The notes under the pieces are model-generated. The model saw nothing but the letters and a program-made list of their open reading frames with translations. It had not been told where the DNA came from and did not search any database. Of a stretch of DNA of 64,000 nt, positions 25,210-38,367 are shown piece by piece. This stretch comes from Octopus bimaculoides (taxonomy: Eukaryota), in assembly GCF_001194135.2 (NCBI RefSeq), contig NC_068985.1, forward strand, positions 17,734,224 through 17,798,223, given 5' to 3'. The position numbers and the translations under genes are program-made. Each line of letters opens with the position of its first letter. Position 1 is the stretch's first letter.

Positions 25210-26150
25210 ATACTCTTTTCTCTTTTACTTGTTTCAGTCATTTGACTGCGGCCATGCTGGAGCACCGCCTTTAGTCGAGGAAATCGACCCCAGGACTTAT
25301 TCTTTGTAAGCCTAGTACTTATTCTATCGGTCTCTTTTTGCCGAACTGCTAAGTTACGGGGACGTAAACACACCAGCATCGGTTGTCAAGCGATGGTGGG
25401 GGGACAAACACACATACATATATATATATATACATATATACNNNNNNNNNNNNNNNNNNNNNNNNNNNNNNNNNNNNNNNNNNNNNNNNNNNNNNNNNNN
25501 NNNNNNNNNNNNNNNNNNNNNNNNNNNNNNNNNNNNNNNNNNNNNNNNNNNNNNNNNNNNNNNNNNNNNNNNNNNNNNNNNNNNNNNNNNNNNNNNNNNN
25601 NNNNNNNNNNNNNNNNNNNNNNNNNNNNNNNNNNNNNNNNNNNNNNNNNNNNNNNNNNNNNNNNNNNNNNNNNNNNNNNNNNNNNNNNNNNNNNNNNNNN
25701 NNNNNNNNNNNNNNNNNNNNNNNNNNNNNNNNNNNNNNNNNNNNNNNNNNNNNNNNNNNNNNNNNNNNNNNNNNNNNNNNNNNNNNNNNNNNNNNNNNNN
25801 NNNNNNNNNNNNNNNNNNNNNNNNNNNNNNNNNNNNNNNNNNNNNNNNNNNNNNNNNNNNNNNNNNNNNNNNNNNNNNNNNNNNNNNNNNNNNNNNNNNN
25901 NNNNNNNNNNNNNNNNNNNNNNNNNNNNNNNNNNNNNNNNNNNNNNNNNNNNNNNNNNNNNNNNNNNNNNNNNNNNNNNNNNNNNNNNNNNNNNNNNNNN
26001 NNNNNNNNNNNNNNNNNNNNNNNNNNNNNNNNNNNNNNNNNNNNNNNNNNNNNNNNNNNNNNNAGGGTTATACTAGAAGACACTTGCCCAAAGTGCAGTA
26101 CAGTGGGATTGAACCTGAGACATGGTTGGGAAGCTAGCTTTTTCACCACC
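25210..26150 (-). mobile_element. SINE family A spanning an assembly gap
   Basis: 3' half at 25210-25441, 5' part at 26064-26150. Confidence 0.8.
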
Positions 26151-27489
26151 TAATGACATCTGTGTTCTTATATATATATATATATAAAATAATATATAGC
26201 TGTACACATATAAACACACAATGAACTTTCACACAGTTTCTATTTACCAAATCTCATTCAAAGATATTAATCAAACTAGGCTCTAGCAGCAGACACATAC
26301 CCAAAGTGTCATGTAGTGAGATTGAACCTAAAACTACTTGGTTGTAAAGCAATTTTTTTAACCACACAGTCACAACTGCACCCATATGAAATAATAAAAT
26401 TAAGCAAAAAAATTTCCATATGTTAGTCTCAGTAATTTTGTTATATGTGAGCTAGCATAATTAATGCAGTGAAGCAAAATTAATTTTTAATCAACTGTAA
26501 TTACGCCTCTAATGAGAAAAAAAAAATATTAACACTAAAGAAAATTCTTGTCAAGAGAGATAAGGGAAAGAACTCTAAAACTTAAATTGATCAAAACTTA
26601 AATGTTTAAGCTTTTGGTTTTTATTTTGGTTACATGTATTTTCTGACTGTTGCTTGATAGCAGGTATGGGCAATTTTTTTCAAGAAGCAGCCTGTAGGAG
26701 TCCTGACTCCATCATCAGGCAGGTTGCCCTACCACAAAAAAAAAAAAAAAAAAATTCAAGGTAATTTTTCATTGGTGTGCCACTCAGGAAGTCCTGTGAG
26801 CTGCATGTGAGCTGCAGTTTGCTTGTGACTGCTCTACAATATAAATGGCTTAAAATCAAATGTAGGAAGAAAGAAAAAGAAAAAAAAAACTTGAAATTAG
26901 TATAAATGGATATATCATCTTTGATTTTCAGTTGGTTTTATAACTCAAATAATCACGTAAGCTTATATATCTGATGACAGAATTAGTTTATGTTATTAAC
27001 ACATTAACCTAAAATGGCATCAGTTAGTATTTGTTTGCTTGTTTGACTTTAGAGAGTTAACAAGTAATATCAGCAGCAGAAAATCTAGCTAACAGTAGTA
27101 TATATTAATTTTAAGGATGTGATGACATACTTCTTACTCACTCACCAGGTTAGTATGTCAACAGCCATACAATTTTGTTTTGTTCTATAATCCCCATCCC
27201 CTCCTTCACTGGTTTTCTTTTTCCTCTATGTAATTCCATTATCTAAAAACACCTCATAATTTTTTCAACTTTCAACTTTTATATTCAATTTATTAAAGAG
27301 ATTTCAAGTTGCACATAACAAATTGAAGGGAAAAAAATAAGATCCATACCGAGTTTACAGACTTTAAGTTCATTAAATGTATTAACTGTAATTTAAATTC
27401 AAATTTTATTGGTTAGAAGTTCATAAAAGAACAAATTAACTAGCTGTGTCATCCAATTTGCTGTAAGAACTTTTATTATTTAATTAATG

Positions 27490-27900
27490 ATTAAGGCAAC
27501 AAGCTCGAAGAATTGCTATTGTGCCAGGCAAAATGCTTAATGGCATTTTGTCCATTTTTATGTTCTGAGTTCGAATTCCACCAAGGTCAACTTTGTCTTT
27601 CATCCTTTTGGGGTTAATAAAATAAGTACCAGTATAGCAACGGGTTTGATGTAATCGACTTAATTCCTCCCCCAAAATTCCTGGCCTTGTGCCAATAGTA
27701 GAAAAGGTTGTTTAATTAACGAGGTGGCAGAATTATTAGCATGCCAGATAAAATGCTTAGTAGCATTTCTTTTGAGTTCTAATTCTGGTGAGGACAAATT
27801 TTGCCTTTCAATCCTTTTAGGGTTGATAAAATAAGTACCAGTCAACTACTGGGGATGATTTAATTAATCCCTCTTCTCAAAATTGCCAGCCGAAATTAGA
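27490..27900 (+). mobile_element. Two tandem diverged SINE family B copies (27490-27710, 27718-27900)
   Basis: Repeated aaaatgcttag...gagttc...aataagtaccag. Confidence 0.75.
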
Positions 27901-28825
27901 ATTAATATTTATCATGTTTAACACATAAAACGCGATGGACCATGATCATGGCCGTCAGGCATGAGGTCAACAGGCTACGATTATGGCCCAGATAGATGCA
28001 TTTAATTTATGAGCATTTGTTGGGGTCTAATGTCACTCAAACGCTCTGATACCCCCAGAATGCAAGAGAACTAATAGTTCAACTAATGACTTTTCAGATG
28101 ATGTAAAACTTGCCACCATTATATACTAAGAAGATATTTTAACTATTTTTTGTTTTTTATGTGTGCATGGTAGTCTCATTTTCATAAAATGTGCTCAGCA
28201 GTCCATGCTATGTAAGTGCAAATTTCAGCGCTTTATGGGTTAATCTAACTTATATACATCTTTTTAATAACAGACTGCAGATATGAATGCCCCAGCATGA
28301 CCACAGTCCAATGACTGAAACTAATAAAAGAATAGACCAAAGTATACAGTACAAAAGTCCTCATTTTGTTTGGTCTTTTTACACACACATACACTGTGTA
28401 GTTAATTTCTAATCAACTTTTCATTTAATTTACTCATCCATATAGCTTGTTATTAGGAAGATGATACTATTCAATTTTGGAGGCAGTTTGGATAAGAATC
28501 TCAGAGCCAGTCCACACTCATCAATTGACCATTTTCTCACAATATTTCTGATGAAATACACCTATTTCAAACTTAATAATGAAGAATATAGTAAAATAAC
28601 ATCATCATTATTAAGCTCATGTTTGAAACATAAATTAACATGAAATTTAATTGGGGAGTATTAATTAAGATCTCTTTAAAACAGAGAATTTGTACTATAG
28701 AAGCAACAAGAGGTGGTCATGGGTAGTAGGTTGGTATCAAAAGGGTTAGACCTACATGTGAGAAGTTTATATGTAATGTTATCTTTTAGAAGCTTGAGCT
28801 TAATTATTTTATTCTTACAACATAG

Positions 28826-29452
28826 CCATGCTTGTGGCTGTGTGGTAAGAAGTTTGCTTCCCAGCCAGATGGTTCTGGGTTCAGTCCCACTGCATGACAC
28901 CTTGGGCGAGTGTCTTCAACTATGTCATCAAGTTGACCAAAGCATTGTGAATGGATTTAGCAGACAGAAACTGAGTAAAGCCTGTCATGTGTGTGTGTCC
29001 CACCACCACTTGACAACCAGTGATGGTGTACTTACATCCCTGTAACTTAGCAGTTCAGCAAAATAGAATGATAGAATAAGGAGTGGCTGTGTGGTAAGTA
29101 GCTTGCTTACCAACTACATGGTTCTGGTTTCAGTCCCATTACGTGGCACTTTGGGCAAGTGTCTTCTACTACAGCCTCAGGCCAACCAAAGCCTTGTGAG
29201 TGGATTTGGTAGACAGAAACTGAAAGAAGCTTGTCATATATGTGTGTGTGTGTGTCTGTGTTTGTCCTCCGAACATTGCTTGACAACCGATGCTGGTGTG
29301 TTTACGTCCCCGTAACTTAGTGGTTCGCCAAAAAGAAAACGATAGAATAAGTACTAGGCTTACAAAGAATAAGTCCTGGGGTCGATTTGCTTGACTAAAG
29401 GCGGTGCTCCAGCATGGCCACAGTCAAATGACTGAAACGAATAAAAGAAAAA
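28826..29452 (+). mobile_element. Two adjacent SINE family A copies (28826-29075, 29080-29452)
   Basis: Second head ggagtggctgtgtggtaag at 29080 interrupts the first copy after gatagaataag. Confidence 0.85.
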
Positions 29453-29677
29453 AATAAGTACCAGGTTTTTTTGTTTTTTTTAAAAAAAGTACTAGCGTTG
29501 ATTCATTCACCAAAAAATTATTCGAAGGCAGTACCTAAGCATAGCCACTGTCAAATGACTTAAACAAGCAAAACATAAAAGATTAGTCGCTCTGTCAACT
29601 TTACCTGTACCATCTGCTATATCAACTTCAGAAAACTAACCCATCAACTTAGATGGAAGCAAGAGCAAAATGGATTC

Positions 29678-30075
29678 TCATCATCATCGTTTAACGTCTG
29701 CTTTCCATGCTAGCATGGGTTGGGCGATTTGACTGAGGACTGGTGAAACCAGATGGCTACACCAGGCTCCAATCTGATTTGGCAGAGTTTCTACAGCTGG
29801 ATGCCCTTCCTAATGCTAACCATTCTGAGAGTGTAGTGGGTGCTTTTACATGCCACCGGCACGAAGGCCAGTTAAGCGATACTGGCAACGGCCACGCTCA
29901 AAATGGTGTATTTTACGTGCCACCTGCACAGGAGCCAGTCCAGAGGCACTGGCAACCATCTCGCTCGAATGTCTTTTCACGTGCCAGGAAGGCGACGCTG
30001 GTAATGATCATGCTCAAATGGTGCTATTTACGTGCCACTGGGATCATCTTTATTTTCATGTCCACTTTTTCATGC
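29678..30075 (-). mobile_element. SINE family C
   Basis: catcatcatcgtttaacgtctgctttccatgc... with internal GGCAC repeats. Confidence 0.88.
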
Positions 30076-30274
30076 CTGCGTATGACAGACAGAGTTTATT
30101 GATGCAGGTTTTCTGCATGCTGTTCTTGTTGCCAGCCCTCACTTGTTTCCTTAACAAAATATTTTTGCAGAATATTGAATAACACTGTATGACAGTGACA
30201 CACATTTACAACTATTACATGATGCCAAGACAAGGAGATGCAAAGACGCACACACACACACACACACATGTATA

Positions 30275-30466
30275 TACGTGCTAGTGCCACGTATAAAGCA
30301 CCCAGTACATTTTGTAAAGTGGTTGGTGTTAAGAAGGGCATCCAGCCATAGAAATCATGCTAAAAGCAGACAATTGGAGCCTGGTTCAGCTCTCAGGCTT
30401 GTCAGCCCCTGTCAAACTGCCCAACCAATGCTAGCATGGAAAACGGATGTTAAAGGATGATGATGA
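30275..30466 (+). mobile_element. SINE family C, 5'-truncated
   Basis: ggttggtgttaagaagggcatccagcc...gttaaaggatgatgatgatg. Confidence 0.8.
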
Positions 30467-30764
30467 TGGCCATCCACTCGTGACTGAGGAAGACCATTGC
30501 TGACCTTTAGGAACACTGTGTGCTCTCGGAAAATAAAAATATGTAGGTAGGGGAAAAAAAAAAGCAGCACATATCGAGCAGAGGTCAGCAATGCCAGTGC
30601 AGAGTTGTAGGTCCAATAAGGCTTGCATGACACCTCATAGACCCTCTCCACTCTATTGACATTATCCAGAGACAATTCAGAGCAAGATGTCTGGTGCCAA
30701 TATGAGTCAGAGACTCAGGGACATGTACCTGTACTATCTGCATATGTGTGTGTGTGTGTGTGTG

Positions 30765-30980
30765 TGATCATCATCATCATTTAATGTCCATCTGTCCATG
30801 AGTTGGATGGTTTGACAGGAGCTAGGCAAGCTGGAGAGCTGTACCAGGCTTCATTGTCTTCTTTGGCATGGTTTCTATGGCTTGATGCCCTTCCTAATGC
30901 CAACAACTTTACAGTGTACTGAGTGCTTTTTATGTGGTATCAGCATCAGTGCTTTTTACACGGCACCAGCACCAGTGGGG
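30765..30980 (-). mobile_element. SINE family C, diverged
   Basis: tcatcatcatcatttaatgtcc...gatgcccttcctaatgcc. Confidence 0.75.
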
Positions 30981-31003
30981 TCGCCATGCATTTTATATCC
31001 CTT

Positions 31004-31222
31004 GTTCTCTACATAAGTTTCATCATTGTGGTTATTTGCACCCTCTGCAATGGCTGTTCCAAGTGCAATTGGATGCTGAACCACAGCAGATCAACAGAGG
31101 AACACTTTATTGCATTTGATCTACATAACATACTGCAATAAAGTGTTCCGCCGAAGAACTGTTGTGATTCAGCATCTAATTGGATGCAAATAACCACAAT
31201 GGTGAAACAAATGGTATAAAGT
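31004..31222. repeat. Palindrome with a hammerhead-like motif in each arm
   Basis: Arms 31017-31114 / 31134-31208, 19-nt spacer; HHR-like motifs at 31103-31004 (-) and 31145-31222 (+). Confidence 0.8.
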
Positions 31223-32519
31223 ACATCTTGTGTTTATAATTTCTCTTACATTTGTTCCATTTACCGTAACCAATAATATTGCTATGTACAGAGTGACCAC
31301 ACTACTATACTGGAAGTAGACTGGATTATGATAACACTGTGTGACACAGTTTTTGTTCTTGGGGAGCAACTGTTATTTCTTATTCGCTTGCCCCACAAAA
31401 TTATGAAAAGTGGCCAATATTTCCTTCAAACTTTGCTCTTGTTACATTTATTCAAACCCCAAAGAATCCCTCTCAATGTATGGCTATGATGTTCCCCTTC
31501 TACTGCTCATGATCACAAACACATATATTGTCAGCCACTAAAGGACATGCTCAAGTAGTTAAGGTCAAGCAAATCTGTGGTATTGAGCAGAATATTTGCT
31601 ATAATGACATTTTTGTTTCAGTAACACAGCACCAAATTTGTCTGAAATATAATGGAACATAGGCAATTTCTGTTTGTTGATCTATTACTATCTTGCTGCC
31701 TACACCAGTGAACCAATCTTGACGAAACTTTGCATACATGTTAAACTAACATCCAGTTCAATTATAGACTAATTAGATTTCAATACAAATCTATAATGGA
31801 CTCTCTTGGGGATGTTGGGCTATTATATAAAATGAGAAGGGTGCAAAGAGTGTTACTATGAGGGAAATGTGGTGGCATAGTGGGGGTGACTGATACAGGG
31901 AAGGGGAGATGTATAAGCGATAAATATGGAGTGGCAGTGGGATGAATGTTAATACAGCTGTCATAAGTAACTTTTAAAACGCCAAAGAAGGGAAACAAAG
32001 ATGGGTGTGAGGAATACGTAATTTTAAGGAGAGATGGGGTAGATGACTTTTCTGCTGTTCATCGCAAAGAAACACACATACACACACACACATATATATA
32101 CATACATACGTCTACTATACACCATTTTAAACTCATGATTACCTGTGTGTACGTTTGTAAATGTGTGTGTGTGTGTGTGTGTGATGTCCTATAACTGTGT
32201 CTCTACTTTTGTACAGACTTCTCTGCTGCTGTCACATCCTGTGAAATTTTAAAATTATGTCAAAATTATCAAATTTGGTATGTTGAAATAATTTTCCACA
32301 TTAAATCTGATTTTGTTATTTGTTCCAGAAAAATTAAAGAAAAGTGTTACTGAGGTTTAAAGTTTAATCAATTTTACCTAATCAGAAAATAGGATTTGAA
32401 AGCTGGCATTTCCTGCATGATAGTTGTCTATCACAAAATGAAAGCAAAATCATTACCTGTATAGTTAATTAGGTTGAACAAGGTGTCATATCTAACATCT
32501 GGAGTAGTAGCATTCTAGT

Positions 32520-33385
32520 CAACTGTTATAAGGGTAAAGGAGAGGCATTACACAGAAGTAGTTAGAAGTAGTAAATTGCTGGCCAGGTTATGAAAGTTAT
32601 GGACAAAGTAAGGAACAGAATTTAAGATGTAGTTTGATTGTGCTGAGAAGTACCACTGATAACATCTTATTAGTAAGACAATTTCAGGAAAAGTATCCAG
32701 CTAAAAGTAAGCCACTGTACTAGGCATTTATTGACATGGAGAAAGCCTTCGACCAAGTCCATTGTTTTGCGATCTGGTGGTTTCTGAGGAAGCTAGAGGT
32801 GGATGAATAGCTTGTAAAAGTCATACAATCCATGCATAGAGTTATTGTCAGTAACCACGAGAGTTAACCATGTGCTATCATCATTTAACATCCGTTTTCC
32901 ATGCTGGTATGGGTAGAACAGTTTGACAGCAACTGGCAAATTAAGCTCTACTGTGTTTTAGTATGGTTTTCTACAGTTGGATGCCCTTCTTAATGCCAAC
33001 CACTTTACAGAATGCACTGGGTTTTTTTGACATGGCACCAACAGCAATGACATTAAGTAACTTACAGGATAAACCCCTCAACTGGGGTGGGGAGTAGTAT
33101 TGAGGGACAGAGAAGGTATCTTACATTATAAGAGAAACAAAGCTACCTCAAATGGAGAGTACAGTGATAAATTTAGGGTATATGTAGGAGTTCACCAGGG
33201 CTGAGTTCTCAGTCCCTTCCTAATCATCATTGTTTGCCCGGCCATAACAGAGGAATTTAAGATGGGTTGCCTTTGAGAACTACTATACAATAACATCATT
33301 CTCATAGCAGAATCTGTAATAGAATTAGTAAAAAATTCCAGGTGTCAAAGCAAAACCTGAAATTGAAGGGCCTCAAAGAGCAAGA
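32520..33385 (+). mobile_element. Decayed RTE-clade LINE reverse transcriptase fragment, interrupted by a family C SINE (about 32875-33110)
   Basis: KPLY*AFIDMEKAFDQV..IWWFLRKL; GVHQG*VLSPFL; IAES.IEL..KF...NLK.KGL. Confidence 0.85.
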
Positions 33386-33769
33386 AAACAGAAAAGACTC
33401 CAGGCCACTCAATTAAAAATAGCCCTAAAAGCATATCATTTTTGTCTATGCCCCTGCACCCAATCAGTCCTTGGCGAATCTCTCTCTTCCTACACACAAC
33501 TCCTCTTCATGAAACTCACCCCTCTCTACAACTAAGCTTGCTAACACCCTCCTCCATCACTCTTCTGTCTATGACACTATTCACTCAGCTACTATAAGAA
33601 CAGAACTGCACTTACTTCATCTCTCTGGAACCATTTTCTCTTTCTCATGCACTCTTAGTATCATCCCATACCATCTTAGTTTTCACTAAACACCTCTTAC
33701 AGCCCTCTCCCTCTATACACGCCCTCATTTTGCTACAAAAACGGACACACATGACTTCATGACAAAAGT

Positions 33770-34380
33770 ATGCTTCCTAACCATGTGACTAAGTTCAATC
33801 CTACTGTGTGGCACCTTGGGCAAGCGAGATTTCTACAACAGCCCTGAGCTGACCAAAGCCTTATGACTAGATATGGTAGTGTGTGTGTGTGTGTACGTGC
33901 GTGTGTATATGTTTGTGTTTCTGTACGTGTATGTGTGTTTCTGTACGTGTACGTGTGTTTCTGTACATGTATGTGTGTGTGCTTCTGTATGTGTATGTGT
34001 GCATTTCTGTACATGTATGTGTGTGTGTTTCTGTACGTGTATGTGTTTCTGTACGTGTATGTGTGTGCATTTCTGTATGTGTATGTGTGTGCGTTTCTGT
34101 ATGTGTATGTGTGTGCGTTTCTGTATGTGTATGTATGTGTTTCTGTACGTGTATGTATGAGTGTTTCTTTATATGTATTTGTGCGTGTTTCTTTATGCAT
34201 GTGTGTGTGTTTCTTTACATGTACGTGTGCGTGTTTCTTTATGCATGTGTGTGTTTCTTTACATGTATGTGTGCGTGTTTCTTTACACATATGTGTGAGT
34301 GTTTCTTTATGTGTGTGTGTGTGTGTGTTTCTTTACGTGTATGTGTGTATGTTTCTGTACATGTATGTGTGTGTGTTTGG
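33770..34380. repeat. SINE family A head (-) followed by a GT-rich minisatellite (unit about 20-24 bp, gtgtttctgtacgtgtatgt)
   Basis: Directly visible tandem units at 33880-34380. Confidence 0.85.
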
Positions 34381-34744
34381 TAGGTGTGTTTTGCATTCAT
34401 TGTTTTGTAAACAATTGCTTCCTGATGATGTCTGCTTGAAATCCACTCAAAAAGACATATCTGGGCGTATTGACACGTTGCATAATCTGTGCAAACAAAA
34501 AAGCTCACTCAATTGGTGCTGTTCGTTTTCAGTTCTCCATGAAAAAAAAAAAAAAATCAAGTCAAAGTTGTTTGTTGTCCAACCAGTGGGAGATTATTAT
34601 TACCACACTTAAAAATAAGTATGGTTAGCAACTGGAAGAGCATCCAGCCATAAAAAACATCTACCCGATGCACTTTTGTCAGACTCATGTAAACATGGAA
34701 AAGTAGATATTAAAACGATGATGATGATAATACACATACACACA

Positions 34745-35120
34745 CACTTTTATTCTTTTACTTGTTTCAGTCATTTGACTGTGGCCATGCTGAAGCAACG
34801 CCTTTAGTTGAACAAATCGACCATAGAACTTATTCTTTGTAAGCCTAATACTTATTCTACTGGTAACTTTTGCCAAACTGCTAGGTTATGGGGACATAAA
34901 CACACCAACGATGGTTGTCAAGCGATGGGGGGAGGGAGACAAACAGACACACAAATACATATATATACACATACACGACGGGCTTCTTTCAGTTTCCGCC
35001 TACTAAATCCACTCACCAGGCTTTGGTCGGCCCAAAGCTATAGTAGAAGACACTTACCCAAGGTGCCACGCAGTGGGGCTGAACCCAGAACCATGTGATT
35101 GGGAACCAGGCTTCTGCACC
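34745..35120 (-). mobile_element. SINE family A, near full-length
   Basis: cttttacttgtttcagtc...ggaaccaggcttc. Confidence 0.85.
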
Positions 35121-35334
35121 TAACTGTTATATAACGTTTATTGCCATAAGAATTTAGAAATTTCAGGAGACATGAAATGAATCATATTCACCAGTGGAAT
35201 TTGAAGTAGATAAAGCTATAAATAACATGATATAAATACTAGGTTAAAAACCCTTGGAAAGAAAAGTCCCATAGGCAACCTTTAACTCTCTTCATCTGAG
35301 GGTTTTTTAACCAAATATTTATGAAGTATTCATC

Positions 35335-35500
35335 ATCATCATCATTGGCGTTTAAAGTCCGCTTTCTATGCTAGCATGGGTTGGACAATTTAACTGAGGA
35401 CTGGCAAGCCAGAAGGCTACACCAGGCTCCAATCTGATCTGGCAGAGTTTCTACAGCTGGATGCCATTCCTAACGCCAACCACTCCGAGAGTGTAGTATT
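35335..35500 (-). mobile_element. SINE family C, 5'-truncated
   Basis: catcatcatc...ccaaccactccgagagtgtag. Confidence 0.85.
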
Positions 35501-35959
35501 ATTTATAAATTTATCTACTTTGAGTTTCACTGTCAAAAATGGTATATATCAACATCATTATTTAACATTTGTATTCCATGCTGGCATGGACTGGATGGGT
35601 TGATAGGAGCTGGCAAGACAAAGCTACACCTGACTACATTTGGCATGGTTTCTATGGCTGAATGCTCTTCTCAATGCTCACCACTTCATAGTGTGTGCTT
35701 GGTCCTTTGTATGTGGCACCAGCAGGATTACCTAGTAGCTTGCAAGACAAAGACCTCTCAGCTGAGAGAGGTAACACATCAACAACATACATACATATAC
35801 ACACATTTTGTATACATGTGTGTGTGTGTGGCCTTTGGCAGTCATTCACTGTTCATTCTGTGAACATGGCTGATGATCAACATGATGTGTGCTACTTCCA
35901 CTTGTTCAAGAACAGAGATGTTTGTTTACTTTTGCTCCTAATTATCTAGAAGGATGTCC

Positions 35960-36260
35960 ATATCTTACAGAAATATGGGAAGATAAGTAAAGCTCAGTAC
36001 ATGGACACTCTCCAAGAGTCTGAGACTATCATGAAGTATACACAGTAATGAAGGAATCTCTGTAATCTTTGAATTCTTTGAGCAAGTAGAGAAAAGACAA
36101 GGAGCACAAAAGACAGAAGATAAGAGAAAGCTGGACACAGCACCATTGGTGAAAAACCAGTAAAGATCTTGTGCAGAGAATGTCACCAAATGCATCAAGC
36201 AACTCTGTGTCTTCGCAATCACTTGAGTCCTCATGTTAGATGAAGGTGAAGTAGAGCTGA
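35960..36260 (+). mobile_element. Possible very old RTE LINE 3' end
   Basis: KILCRECHQMHQATLCLRNHLSPH resembles the RTE C-terminal CxxC...H..H motif; heavily decayed. Confidence 0.3.
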
Positions 36261-36428
36261 AGTGAAGTGGAGTTAATTCCTTGGATAGGGAAAGCTCAAA
36301 ACATACTGATATATACAGAATAACATTCATACATATATATTTTACCTTTTGGCCGATCTGTCCAAGTTAGGTGTCCTAATGTCTACTGCACAGTTAAATC
36401 TTTCAATCCACATAACATACTCAGATAC

Positions 36429-36464
<36 letters not shown>

Positions 36465-36467
<3 letters not shown>

Positions 36468-36602
36468 CATGCAGCTGTAGAAACTCTGCCAAATTAGACT
36501 GGAGCCTGGTGTTGCCATCCGGTTTCACCAGTCCTCAGTCAAATCGTCCAACCCATGCTAGCATGGAAAGCGGACGTTAAACGATGATGATGATGATGAT
36601 GA
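36465..36602 (+). mobile_element. SINE family C, young 5'-truncated copy in (TA)n
   Basis: Nearly identical to 6245-6380. Confidence 0.9.
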
Positions 36603-36755
36603 TATACATACACACACACACATTCACATGTAAACATACTACATACATATATAATTCACAAATACACGTATGACATTAAATGAAATAATATATACATATA
36701 CACACATTCACATGTAAACATACTACATACACGTATAATTCATAAATACACGGCA

Positions 36756-36799
<44 letters not shown>

Positions 36800-36957
36800 A
36801 TCATGATGATGATGATGATGATGATATATATCATGCCTGTATGTATAGGAGTTTGGCAAAACATGTCAACAGAATAAGTACCACAGGCTAAAAAATAAGT
36901 ATTGGGATCGATTTGTTTGATTATAGCCTCAAAGCCACAGTCCAGCGAGTGAAACAA

Positions 36958-36995
<38 letters not shown>

Positions 36996-37063
36996 TGCAC
37001 ATTTCTTTAGAGAAAGTTTTACATACAGGCATTCATACGTAGTGTTCCAGTATTGTCTTAACT

Positions 37064-37101
<38 letters not shown>

Positions 37102-37467
37102 TCTGCTGGTATGAACTGATAGGTCGGCATGTAACATCTTAAGGTAAATCTTTCTCTCTGATGAAATTCTATTCATAACAATGTAAATTTAATGCACAAA
37201 TTTGTAATTTAATTATTGAGTACTAATGGAAACGGCTGTAAGAAGTAAAGATTACCAATTTGTTAATACTAAATAATAATTAACTTTCCACTCTCCATTT
37301 TCTTTTCTTCATTTAACTGGATACGAACTATATGCTTTCTATATATATATATATATATATACATACACCAATTGTTTTAAAGGAATTTCATTCCTTAGTA
37401 ATACTAGGCATTGAACCAGTATTCCCTTGGATGTAGTCATCCCTTTACAAGGTTAACATACCCCCCT

Positions 37468-37524
<57 letters not shown>

Positions 37525-37795
37525 GCATACACACACACACACACAAACATATATATATATATATATATAATCATTTAACGTCATACGTGTATTTGTGAAT
37601 TATATATGTATATGCAGTATGTGTGTGTGTATGTGCGTGCGTAAAATCATTGTTAGCTCTTTTGCAAACAAATAGAATATTAAGTAGTTGTTTTCTTTTT
37701 GATAAGTACGATATGCGATGGCCATCAATTTGTTTATTCTATTTACAAATCATTCATTTCTATAACTAAGCGACAAGAATATTTTATTAACAAAC

Positions 37796-37831
<36 letters not shown>

Positions 37832-38367
37832 AGAGAGGGAGTGTGTGTGTGTTTGTGTGCGTACGTCTATTTGTATATTAGTAGCATTAAGAGAGTTTTA
37901 ATGTTATTTAGTTTTAAACGGACCTTGATTGAGCAGGGCTGTGAACAGTCCAGTTACAGCACCCTGTCGTTTTCTTTTCTGTACGATGTATCTAACACGT
38001 AATCAAATGTAAACTGACATAGGTTTTAAGACACTAGTGTATGAGCAAACGGAAAATCGGTGCTATTTCTAGCAGGATGTGCGACCACGTAGAAGTTCCA
38101 CAGTTGGTTCTCTGGTGCCACATATAGAATTTAAATTATACAAAATCCAGTGCTCTAATTTATTGAATCAACCGATATTAGGACATCTCCGTCGCAAAAT
38201 GATCATAAGTTCTGAGAGAAAAAAAAAAAATGTACCCACGTATTCGAATTATACACTCACTCCCCTTTTCACAAGACAATGTTGACACCAAAACTTTTCA
38301 AAGTTTCTTGCGATCGTATAAAATGGCATAATTTTTGAGAATAGAGAAACAAGTCTCGAAGACTTAC

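Noticed and set aside
25349-26153. Long ORFs spanning N runs (also 2049-2774, 39062-39953, 56925-57912, 58601-59347, 59906-60515)
   Set aside because: Their length comes from Ns translated as X; only the flanking transposon residues are informative
26695-26720. CTGATGA-T-GGAGT-cagg-ACTCC on the minus strand, resembling the 5' half of a hammerhead
   Set aside because: No GAAA, helix III or helix I partner follows
6813-26963. Repeated TAATCACGT motif (6813, 12017, 26950; 14-mer shared by 6813 and 26950)
   Set aside because: Matches of this length are expected by chance in AT-rich 64-kb DNA; needs conservation or chromatin data
31680-31770. ccaatcttgacgaaactttgcatacatg, Helentron/DINE-like subterminal motif (Helitron-like starts also at about 7810 and 10845)
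   Set aside because: Matching termini and 3' hairpins could not be identified
34426-34450. CTGATGA...GAAA spacing
   Set aside because: The intervening bases cannot form helix II, and there is no helix I or III
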